Virus record (IMG/VR): IMGVR_UViG_3300013126_000019
Location: 1 to 64,000 of that record
DNA length: 64,000 nt
From: a virus
Strand: one strand, 5' to 3'
Made by a program: the position numbers and the translations under genes. Positions 1 through 9,500 of the stretch are shown here, one piece after another (the first letter of the stretch is position 1; each line of letters begins with the position of its first letter). The notes beneath the pieces were generated by a model that was given only the letters and a program-made list of their open reading frames with translations, did no database searches and was not told the DNA's origin.

Positions 1-49
1 AGCTTTGGTCACCATCAGCACTTAATATGGATAATATCCACTTTTTCAT
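1..49 (-). CDS. 5' end of a probable holin/small membrane protein (runs off the window start)
   Basis: ATG at 49-47 overlaps the endolysin stop (TAATG); reads MKKWILSILSADGDQS..., lying immediately downstream of a putative endolysin. Function inferred from position only. Confidence 0.4.
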   Translation of the reverse strand, partial: MKKWILSILSADGDQS

Positions 50-594
50 TAGAACTCTCTTAGTAGAGTATAGGTAAATTTCTTATATCCACTGCTCTTG
101 CATGCTACCATAAGTTTAGCAAAATCTAGTGGATTATTTAATACTTGGCATCCTGCAGACCATTTATCTATAAGTTTAGACATGAAAGAGGGGTTAGCTC
201 TATGAATATGAATACCAAACATTCCTGTATCTACAGTACCTTGTTCTTCAGCTACATCATCTTTATCAGCATCTCTGTATACCGGTAAAGGCTTAGTTTG
301 AACTAGAGCTTCATATTTACCCTGGTGTAATCCAAATCCAAATGAATCTTGATACTGCCCTGGTTTTAATACAGCCGTGCCTTTAGGGTTCATAAGGTTT
401 ACTAACCAGTATGTCCCCGGGTTAGTAGTACATGTGTATACTTCTAACTTTGTACCATTGATGACATATATATTATCATCAAACTTATTTTTTTCATTAG
501 CTTTAGATCTTACTCCAATGATGTGAAAGCTAGGCCAAATATATCCTTGTTTAGTAAACTCCGCTTTGAGTTCTTCATATGTGTAATTTTTCAT
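49..594 (-). CDS. putative endolysin, YkuD/L,D-transpeptidase-like cysteine peptidase fold
   Basis: 181 aa; GIHIHRA...WSAGCQV matches the H-x(n)-S-x-G-C catalytic pattern; follows the structural module and precedes a probable holin. Confidence 0.6.
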   Translation of the reverse strand: MKNYTYEELKAEFTKQGYIWPSFHIIGVRSKANEKNKFDDNIYVINGTKLEVYTCTTNPGTYWLVNLMNPKGTAVLKPGQYQDSFGFGLHQGKYEALVQTKPLPVYRDADKDDVAEEQGTVDTGMFGIHIHRANPSFMSKLIDKWSAGCQVLNNPLDFAKLMVACKSSGYKKFTYTLLREF

Positions 595-3500
595 TAGTTT
601 TTACTTTTACCTGTTTCTGATTTGTATGTGCTTGTTCCAAATGCATCTGTGCCGGGAATATTGCTTAATAAACTATTTAAAATAGATGAGCTACCGCCTT
701 TTTTCTTCTCTATTTGTACAAAGTTTCTGATACCTAAGTTAGGATCTACGTTATTACCTGTAACACCTATTGTTTTAAAGAAGTAGTTTGCAAGTTTAGC
801 GCCGCCTTCTTTTTGAAAGCTATATGGACCAATATCTCTTTTATAATAAGCAGACGGGTCACCTGACAGTGTAGGAATTATAGAAGTTAATATTTTAACA
901 TATGCTTCAAAGGTAGTTCCATAAACCGCTGAGGTGACTGCAAGCTTTTGAGAGTAGTCATCAAGACCCAATCCTGGTAACGGAATCCATGACTCAGCAT
1001 TAGATCTTGTCTTTAATAATAGTAACAGAGCATGGTTTTCTAAAAAGCCATCAAAATGGAATGGCGGGTTATCCTCATCTACCATAAGACCTGGAAGAGG
1101 ACCACTTCTATCTCTAAGCTTTTCATATTTATCATCATCATCCATGTCAAATCCAAATAGTAATCTGATAAGGATACTGTTTAATAATATATGCGCTGCT
1201 TCTATAAGCATTTTATAAGTAGCTTGTTTTTCTTCATCTGTTAAATACAGGGCGCCGTTTCTTAGATTAAGCATATTACGCTTGAGTGCATTAAGCGCTC
1301 TAACATAATATCCCATATCTGTATCTCCAATACCAACATCATATCTCTCAGAAGCATCCCAGAATCTACCGCGGTGAGCAAACCTGTTCATCATACCTCT
1401 AGTAAAGTATTTCTGCAAGAAGTTTATGTACCTATATATAACATATCTGTTTGCTTCAGGTTGATCTAATGTAGCAAAAGCACCATTGACATTTGTAATT
1501 ACAGCCTGAACTCTGTTTCTGAAATTCTTAAACTCAGTACCCTTAGATATGATAAAATTTTCTTTTATTTTTTTATCTAAGTCTTCTAAGTTATCATCTT
1601 TAAGCCTATTATACTCACGCAGTCTATCGACAGGTACCTTAAATTTAGATGCTATACTATCTAGTGTCTCGTTAGGGCCAATTGTATAATTGATTGGTGC
1701 GCCGTACTCAAGATCAATACCCTCTTTTAAGACTGGTGTGCCGTCTTTTATTTCCCAAGCATCAGCATAGTTTATCATAACTTGTTGACCGTCAACCATT
1801 TGAGGAATTCTCTTATGGCTTAACATGCCCCATAGTACAGACATCTGTGCTTGTATATCTAACCACTGACGGGTACTTGTTAACCAAGTCATTTCAGCAG
1901 CATCACGTGCTAAATTTCTAGTAAGATCTCTACCCAAGTGTTTTTTAAACATACCTTGACCTGGATCAAACATCATTGATACTTGTAGATCTAATGGTCT
2001 GTCACCTTCATCGTGATAAAGAGACCAACTAAGACTACCCATAACCATACCTGCTCTAGCAAGACCTTTTTGGTAGCTTAACATATTCATGTGCTTACCT
2101 GCAGCGGCTTCAATGTTATTTTGTATGATGGCATCAAAATAGTTAACTAAAGCACTACTTGTGTTTAAACCAAAGAAACCTAAAGACGCCCTCTTAAATA
2201 ATTTATTAGTCAGATTAACAATCCACTTTTGGCTACCAAATCCGGTGCTAGTTTTACCAAGATATACCCATTCATAGAAGTTATCTATATTTTTAGCTCT
2301 TAGGTTTGCACCTTTTCTTGATCTCTTAGATGATACCTTATCATCTAACCAGTCATTAGCACCAACAGCATAGCGCTTATTCATTTTCTGAATAGGCTCA
2401 ACAGTTTTATAGTTGCCGGTTCTAGGATCTCTTAGTGAATCTTTAAGTGCTTTTGCTATAGGATTAATCTCTAGTAACTTTTTCTGCATCTCTAAAGAGT
2501 ACCCATATCTTAACATAGTATTAGTTACCTCAAGACTTACATTTTCATGTTCAATTTGCGATATACCATGAACAGGGATACCATCATTATCATCATCAAA
2601 CATATCACCCATCATAATACCTTTTTGTACTATTGGATTTAATCCTTGATCAGCATCATCTTTTGCTGTTTTAAAGAAATCTCTAACATTTTGCCACCAG
2701 CGGGTAGGTGCATTTTTAAGATCTGCATATTGTTCTACAGAACCACCAATAAGCCCACCTTCAATACGGAATCTAGGAGCATCAAGATAGATACGAGAAC
2801 CTCTAGGTTTTTTATCTTGTATGTGTAAGTGCTGTTTCTTTAGAGCTTGCAACAAATCAAAAAGTGCAGGTTGGGTATCTTTTATAGTGTAGTATTCTTC
2901 ATTTATAAAAGGGCTATCCGCAGGAGCATTGTCTTCTTTTGCTCTTGGCAACCAAGCTCTAGATCCTCGACCCGAGTTATCTACAGTTCTACCAACCTCA
3001 TATGGAGTTTTATATTTTGGATCTACGATACTTGACCAGTATGCATTGCTAGGAGCTCTATTAGGAATAGTTTGTTCTACGCCATTAAGATCAACATATG
3101 TAGTTTGCATATATGCTGTTTCATCTGTTGGCACATTATTTCTCCAAATATCTAATGGTTCATTTATAACAGTTTTATTTCTGTTAGCATCATATCTCAC
3201 ATTTTGCACGTGATTATTTTGTATAAACGCTTTTAGTTTTTGTGATGACTCATATTGTATTATTTCTTCTGGAGTACCGTCTTTTTTACCCTGGTTTGAA
3301 AGGTCTTGTAATAGTTGTAAATTCTCTAAAACAAGTTCTATATTATCTCTAGTTACAATTCTTGAGTTAAGGTATGAGTACATTTCATCAGTATCCAAGT
3401 CTTGAAGTAATGTATTCCAGATTTCAAGATATTGATCGGTAACAACTTTACCTTTAAGATTTCTAAGTTTAGCATATAAAGCATTAATAGCAATTTTATC

Positions 3501-6500
3501 AGCCTTTGTCATTGTTACCGGCTGAAGTATAGCTTTGATTCTGTTATACTCTTCTATTTCAGCTTCAGTAAATTTCAACTTTTTAGTTGGATTGCTTTTA
3601 TTATATGCCGCTTTACTATTAAAACTATTATAAAAGTTTTGTTCCTCCTCAGTTAAAACTTTTAATGCTTTATTAAGTCGTGATTGGTTTATATTAAGTT
3701 GTGCTTGTCTAACTTTTTCCACAATATCTTGAGGAACATCTTTACCGTGTAATTCACCAGTTTCAGGATCTGTATATTGTTTCTGAATATCTCTTATATA
3801 CTGTTGATCTTCAGTAAATGTGTCTCTTGCCTCTTGAGGATATTTACTTTTTATTTTAGCAATATCATCTAGAATTTCTTTTACCTGTTTATCAAACTCT
3901 TCTGTAAATTTTACTTGAGTATTTTCTCCTATAAATTCTTTAACAGCAGACTCAAATTCAGGAGAGTTTTGATCAACTCCTGAGTTAACAAGGTTCTGCA
4001 TAAAGTCTGTAATTGCTGTTTGGAATGCCCCTGCTCTTAAAACTCTACTTCTAAACTTACGCTTAGAGTTTAGATAATTACGTAGCAATTCCGCTTTTTT
4101 AGCATCTCTTTCGGCCTTTGGTGTATTATCAGCATATTTTGTAGAAAGCATTAAAGACAATTCTCTTTGCAATTCTTTTTTTCTATTAATAGCTTGCTGA
4201 TACTCATTTGGATCGCTATAAAAGGTCTTATCAATAGCATTAACTTCTTGCCATTTATCATTATATTCTTCACGTGCTTCGCGGCCCTCCTCAGTTGATT
4301 CTATCTCAAACTCGGGTTCATATACAGCAGGATCATATTCTTGCCAGAAGTACTTCACCTTATATTTTCTATAGTCAGCTTTTGCTTTTCGCCATGCATG
4401 TATCTGATCTTTATTACCAGACTTGTATGCAGCAGTACGCATGTCTTCTAACTCTTCTTCTTTTTTAGCTATAAATAACCTGTAATCCTTAATAGGAGAT
4501 ATAAAGGTATGTACATTAAACTCTTCTACACGACCATCTTCATTAATAGTATAACTCTTATCTAAAAAAGTTGTTGCTCTACCTACAGCTGCAGGATCTA
4601 ATGGATTATCTAATCCGGCAGCACGCATCTTAGGCCCGATATCTTTATTAAAACTCTTTTGAATTTTAGCAAAGTTTAAGTCTACATCAGACAAAGCATT
4701 TTTAGTAAACATTGCAAAAGAAGCTGTAACAGGATCTTGGTTATGTAAATAACCCTCTAATAAACTATTAACTTGACCGGCGTCACCTAGTTCACCTGAA
4801 AGAATCATTTTAAACTTTTCAGGAGTAAGTCTTATTGCTTCATACTTTTTTTGAAGCTTGGCTAAATCTTTTTGTAGACCGTCTTTTTTAGTACCTTCTG
4901 CAGCTGCAATTTTATCTTCTAAATACTTTTTATTTCTCTCGTATTTCTCATCTATAGCTTGACCCATAGGCTGTAATTGCTCATAAAGAATAGGTCCGAT
5001 TGCAGCATTATTTACCTTGTTAATCTCGGCATTTAGTTTTTCAATCTCAGATCTAATACTAGTAACTAGAGAATATAAAGGTGAGTCTGTTCCGATGTAC
5101 TCATTATTCTCAGGATTATCTATCTGATTAATTACAAACTTGATATAGTTATTCCAATAAGATGCAAGCTCTTTATAATTAGTAAGGGCATACATTGCAT
5201 CTACGGAAGTTTTAGGATCTGTTATAAGCTTTGTCTTTTGTCTTGCATCTTTTGCAATACGCTCCATAACATTTTTAAGTCTTCTTAAATTGGATACATA
5301 GACCTGGGCTCTTATAGAGACTTTTTTCATCATCTCAGCATCGGTAAGTGCTGTATCTACAATTTCTGAAGTATACTCAGCTAGATTTTTTCTAATTGTC
5401 TCAAGCTCATTTTTACTATATCTGTCTTTAATAGCATTAAGTAACTCAGATGCATTATACGAGGCCGCTAATCTTTCTAGTGTCTGAGCTGCAGCTAAGT
5501 ATGTTGCAGATATTTGTTTATTTAGCGCATCGGGACCAAGTTTTATTATGTCATCAATTGCGGCATCACGCTCTGATGTATAGTCAAACACATCTTGCTC
5601 AGTTATTGCTTCTGTATTTAAATCTATTTTATCCTCAAGGATCATTTTTAGCACATCCTCAAGTGAAGTACTCTCTGATAGTTTGTCCAGCTTGATGTTT
5701 TTACCAAAGATTTTTCTAAGCATCTTGCGGAGCCTATAGAAAATGTTTTTGATAGCATTCATAAAGCCGTTTGTTACAGGCTCAGCTTTAATAGAACTCA
5801 TATACATTTCTGTTAAAGCTCTTACCATAACCTCATCTTGAATATATGGTGAGTCTTCTGACAAACTAGGATTATCCAAAAGAGTTTCTTGTAAAATAAG
5901 ACTACCCTCTTCTGTACCTATGATATCTGAAATAAGTTTATCATAGACCTTTTTGTTATCTGCTCTTAAACTTTTAACAAAGGGATGTGAAAACTCATGA
6001 AATACATCTTTACGAGTAATGTTATTTGATACAAAATATACAGCGCCGTTATTAAAAAATGCTTTTTGCCCGCCATAGTTTTTCTTTTGTGCGGTATGCA
6101 TTTCTTTAGCCTGGTCAACTGTAATAAAGTTTACACCTACTTGATTACCATAATTATCACTAAGGGTACCGATAAGCTCATTAATACCATCAGTAACAAA
6201 ACTAGACTCGGACTCTTTACCAAATGTATTAAGTGCTGAAGTAGCCAGTGACGAATCTAGATTTGCTTTTATATATAAATCAATCTCGCTTCCTAAAGGA
6301 CCGTCGGTCCCTACTGTAAATTCTGATTTGTATTCTAAAAATTCTTCTGCAATTTCAGGGAAGCGATCTTTAAACTCTAATATTCTAGAAGGATTCTCTT
6401 TTATGATAGAGCGTACTACATCCTCTACAGGACGGACCATACCATTTGATCTAAATACTGCATCTTTTACAGCTTCAAATAATCCAACACCTTCTGTGTT

Positions 6501-6557
6501 AGAACTTAATTTTGCCCACTCTGGGCTACTAGTATCTACTCCGCAATACATGTTCAT
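594..6557 (-). CDS. giant virion cargo/ejection protein with N-terminal zincin-like domain and internal LysM
   Basis: 1987 aa; HEFSH (5985-5999) with downstream DEVM; LysM-like YTIGPNETLDSIASKFKVPVDRLREYN (~1600-1695); hydrophobic C-terminal segment LIEAAHILLNSILIRLLFGF; directly follows the vRNAP gene. Confidence 0.7.
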   Translation of the reverse strand: MNMYCGVDTSSPEWAKLSSNTEGVGLFEAVKDAVFRSNGMVRPVEDVVRSIIKENPSRILEFKDRFPEIAEEFLEYKSEFTVGTDGPLGSEIDLYIKANLDSSLATSALNTFGKESESSFVTDGINELIGTLSDNYGNQVGVNFITVDQAKEMHTAQKKNYGGQKAFFNNGAVYFVSNNITRKDVFHEFSHPFVKSLRADNKKVYDKLISDIIGTEEGSLILQETLLDNPSLSEDSPYIQDEVMVRALTEMYMSSIKAEPVTNGFMNAIKNIFYRLRKMLRKIFGKNIKLDKLSESTSLEDVLKMILEDKIDLNTEAITEQDVFDYTSERDAAIDDIIKLGPDALNKQISATYLAAAQTLERLAASYNASELLNAIKDRYSKNELETIRKNLAEYTSEIVDTALTDAEMMKKVSIRAQVYVSNLRRLKNVMERIAKDARQKTKLITDPKTSVDAMYALTNYKELASYWNNYIKFVINQIDNPENNEYIGTDSPLYSLVTSIRSEIEKLNAEINKVNNAAIGPILYEQLQPMGQAIDEKYERNKKYLEDKIAAAEGTKKDGLQKDLAKLQKKYEAIRLTPEKFKMILSGELGDAGQVNSLLEGYLHNQDPVTASFAMFTKNALSDVDLNFAKIQKSFNKDIGPKMRAAGLDNPLDPAAVGRATTFLDKSYTINEDGRVEEFNVHTFISPIKDYRLFIAKKEEELEDMRTAAYKSGNKDQIHAWRKAKADYRKYKVKYFWQEYDPAVYEPEFEIESTEEGREAREEYNDKWQEVNAIDKTFYSDPNEYQQAINRKKELQRELSLMLSTKYADNTPKAERDAKKAELLRNYLNSKRKFRSRVLRAGAFQTAITDFMQNLVNSGVDQNSPEFESAVKEFIGENTQVKFTEEFDKQVKEILDDIAKIKSKYPQEARDTFTEDQQYIRDIQKQYTDPETGELHGKDVPQDIVEKVRQAQLNINQSRLNKALKVLTEEEQNFYNSFNSKAAYNKSNPTKKLKFTEAEIEEYNRIKAILQPVTMTKADKIAINALYAKLRNLKGKVVTDQYLEIWNTLLQDLDTDEMYSYLNSRIVTRDNIELVLENLQLLQDLSNQGKKDGTPEEIIQYESSQKLKAFIQNNHVQNVRYDANRNKTVINEPLDIWRNNVPTDETAYMQTTYVDLNGVEQTIPNRAPSNAYWSSIVDPKYKTPYEVGRTVDNSGRGSRAWLPRAKEDNAPADSPFINEEYYTIKDTQPALFDLLQALKKQHLHIQDKKPRGSRIYLDAPRFRIEGGLIGGSVEQYADLKNAPTRWWQNVRDFFKTAKDDADQGLNPIVQKGIMMGDMFDDDNDGIPVHGISQIEHENVSLEVTNTMLRYGYSLEMQKKLLEINPIAKALKDSLRDPRTGNYKTVEPIQKMNKRYAVGANDWLDDKVSSKRSRKGANLRAKNIDNFYEWVYLGKTSTGFGSQKWIVNLTNKLFKRASLGFFGLNTSSALVNYFDAIIQNNIEAAAGKHMNMLSYQKGLARAGMVMGSLSWSLYHDEGDRPLDLQVSMMFDPGQGMFKKHLGRDLTRNLARDAAEMTWLTSTRQWLDIQAQMSVLWGMLSHKRIPQMVDGQQVMINYADAWEIKDGTPVLKEGIDLEYGAPINYTIGPNETLDSIASKFKVPVDRLREYNRLKDDNLEDLDKKIKENFIISKGTEFKNFRNRVQAVITNVNGAFATLDQPEANRYVIYRYINFLQKYFTRGMMNRFAHRGRFWDASERYDVGIGDTDMGYYVRALNALKRNMLNLRNGALYLTDEEKQATYKMLIEAAHILLNSILIRLLFGFDMDDDDKYEKLRDRSGPLPGLMVDEDNPPFHFDGFLENHALLLLLKTRSNAESWIPLPGLGLDDYSQKLAVTSAVYGTTFEAYVKILTSIIPTLSGDPSAYYKRDIGPYSFQKEGGAKLANYFFKTIGVTGNNVDPNLGIRNFVQIEKKKGGSSSILNSLLSNIPGTDAFGTSTYKSETGKSKN

Positions 6558-9500
6558 TATTGTTTAAAGCATAATCTTTGATTGATAACCTCCAATACCA
6601 TTGCATCTGTAACAAATGTTGCATCTGCCGGCCCGGCTTCTTGCGTAACTACTTCAGAATCTGAATTAATATTATCTATTCCAAAATGACCAAGCAACTG
6701 TTGAGACAAATATAAGAAAGTTTTAGGAGCTTTTGCCATAAGTGCATTAGGTGGTATTTTTCTAAAGTCACTTGCACCTAGCATACCTTGACCAAGTCCT
6801 AGTTCTGGCATAATAACACTTGTATTACCTGGTATAGTACGCAAGTATTCTTCAATTCGGGCAATGTCCTCATTTATCATTTGAACATTAGCCTCATATG
6901 TAGCATCACTCAAAGAATCAGCGGCGCTATACATATTACCAAATGTTCTAATAGGTAGTACATTAGGGTACTTTACGGCTAAATGATTCATTACACCAAC
7001 AGTATTACCAATATTAGCAAGTTTATAATCTGGGTTTGTTGTACCGTTAAATAAAAAGACAGTTCCCGGTTGAATTTTTACAAGCTTTTCTATATCAGCA
7101 GGTTTAGTATTTTTAATTGTGTATACTCTATTACCAGATGAATTAGTTGAAAACGTTATAGCTCCTCCAGATGATACGGCTGACTCATCGTCTAAAAGTC
7201 CTGTAGGTTTTTCAAGTCCCATTTTAGTAAATACATCGGGAGCAATATAATTTTTATATCTATTTCTAAGAGTAAAGTTTGATATAGCATTTTGTGAAGC
7301 AAATCCTATAAGATATGCTGAGAGTACATTATTAGGTATCTTACCTTCTTTAGTTGCTGTTTTAACAGCTTCTTTTTTAAGAGCTAGTATACTATTATCA
7401 GGAACCACTTTCCATAATGCATGCTCACCTTTTGCAGATATACCCGTAGATAAACTAATTACCATAGGCAACATACTCATAAGTTTAGCAATTTCTTCTT
7501 TATCACTATAAGAAATGTTAAACATGTTTTTTGCAGGATTAGACAAAGCTTCATAGTCTTCACGCAATCTCTCTATGTAATTTGATGATGGTCTTTTAGT
7601 AGCAAGCTTTAAAGTTTTTATACCTGTCTTGTTACCTTTTTGATATGCAATACGCAATCCAGAAGTACCTAACAAAGGGTACGCTTCATCAATACCCGGG
7701 TATTTATTTTTTAGATCGTATACTCTTTCTGCATATGAAGGTCCATTTTCAGGGGACCCTCTAAATATTTTATAACTATTATAAACTGCATCTAAAGCTT
7801 TATCTCTAAGAACCATTTCATAGGCCTGTCTTAGTACTGTACCTCCCGCACTATCTTTAATAGGTTTTAACGCAATGCTTAAAATTTGCTTATAGATTTC
7901 TTTGTTCTTCTCACTTATAGTAGCAACATTGTTTGATATATTGAGATTTCTGATGTTGTTTTCCGATAAGAATTTTCTAAGTGCAAAAGCGCTCGGATTA
8001 ACTATAAAAGGAATGTTTCTACGTTTAGCAACATCCTCTAATATCTTAACACTAGTGCTATTAGCATTACCGATTACTACTGTACCATCTGAACTTTCTA
8101 AATTTAAAATTTCTGAGTACATTGCTTTTTCACTAGAGGCTTCTAATACACCATACTTATCTCTAATAATTTGTTGGTACTCCTTATTAATCGTATCTTG
8201 TGTTACAACTTTTTTAGTATAACCTTTAGTTTCTAAACCTAAATCTTGTGCAATATCTAAAACAAGTTGATCAAACTCAGTATCAATTCCTGAAGTTATA
8301 GTTTTTACAGCAATAGGTAATGATGCCAAGGTACCTTGCTTAGATCGCATATCAATAATAATCTTCTTAGAGTCAGCAAATTCAGGGCTAGCCATTACTG
8401 TCTCTATATCAAGAGTATCTCTCAATACCTCTCTAGTAAGAACAAAATTTGCATATTCTTTTAATGAGCTAAACATAAACGGGGTCACGGGAGCTGTACC
8501 CACTGTTTGATTACTTAAATCACCAGTTAAAAGATTTGTATAATTTTTCTTAATTGCATCTCTATTTACATATAGAATTCCATTTTGAACAAATGCTCCA
8601 AAAGATCTAAGTGCAGGTGCATCTTCAACTGGTATTTCATCTTTTACAATAAGACCGCTAAAAGACTTAAGCTTATCAATGTTAACTTCATTAATATAGT
8701 TTTGTAATAAGAATTGTACAAAACCATTCTTAAACTCTTTAATAGTACCTGATAAATCACCGGCAAAAGATTTATTACTAATTGCAGCAATATTCTGAAT
8801 ATTTTGTTTGATAAAGTCATTTACTTCTTCTTTTTCTCTTAAAGCAAATAGATTATCGCCAAGAAGATCCTTAGCAACATCAGCAACATTGAACATAGAT
8901 ATTACAGAGTCACTAAATAGTTTTTCAACTGATGGTCCATAAAATCTTGGATCGGATATTAAAAGCTTTGAAGCAGCATCTTTTTGAACCATATCAAATA
9001 TGGTAGTTTCTTTTTTAGTGTCAAAGTTTATATTTTGCTTAATATCCTTAGGTGCTTTTGATAAATCCTCAGCTTTAAAATACTCAAATAGTACAGCAAT
9101 ATCTAGATCTGAATAGTTACCTGCAGGCTTACCAACATTTGGATTAAGTATTCCCGCATTAAACAAATTAAATTGTGTTAGTTCATAACCATTTGCTTCT
9201 TCAAACTCATTGTAAAATTTCTGTATTGCGGCCTCAAGATTCTGGTTAAATTGGAACTTAGCAGTCCTAGTCTCATTTTCATCTAATAATTTTAGACCTA
9301 CAGATTTAGCTAAACCTTCTGAAAACCATTTACTTGTTTCATAATAATGGGTGCCATCTTCATCAGTTACATTACCTAAAGCTTTCACAATATCGGCTCG
9401 AGCTTTTCCTTGAGCGTAATTAGGATTTTCAGGTGCTATATTTAAGATTTTTGCAAAAGGACTAGCTAATAATGCTTGTCTTCTAACGTAATCTCTTACA

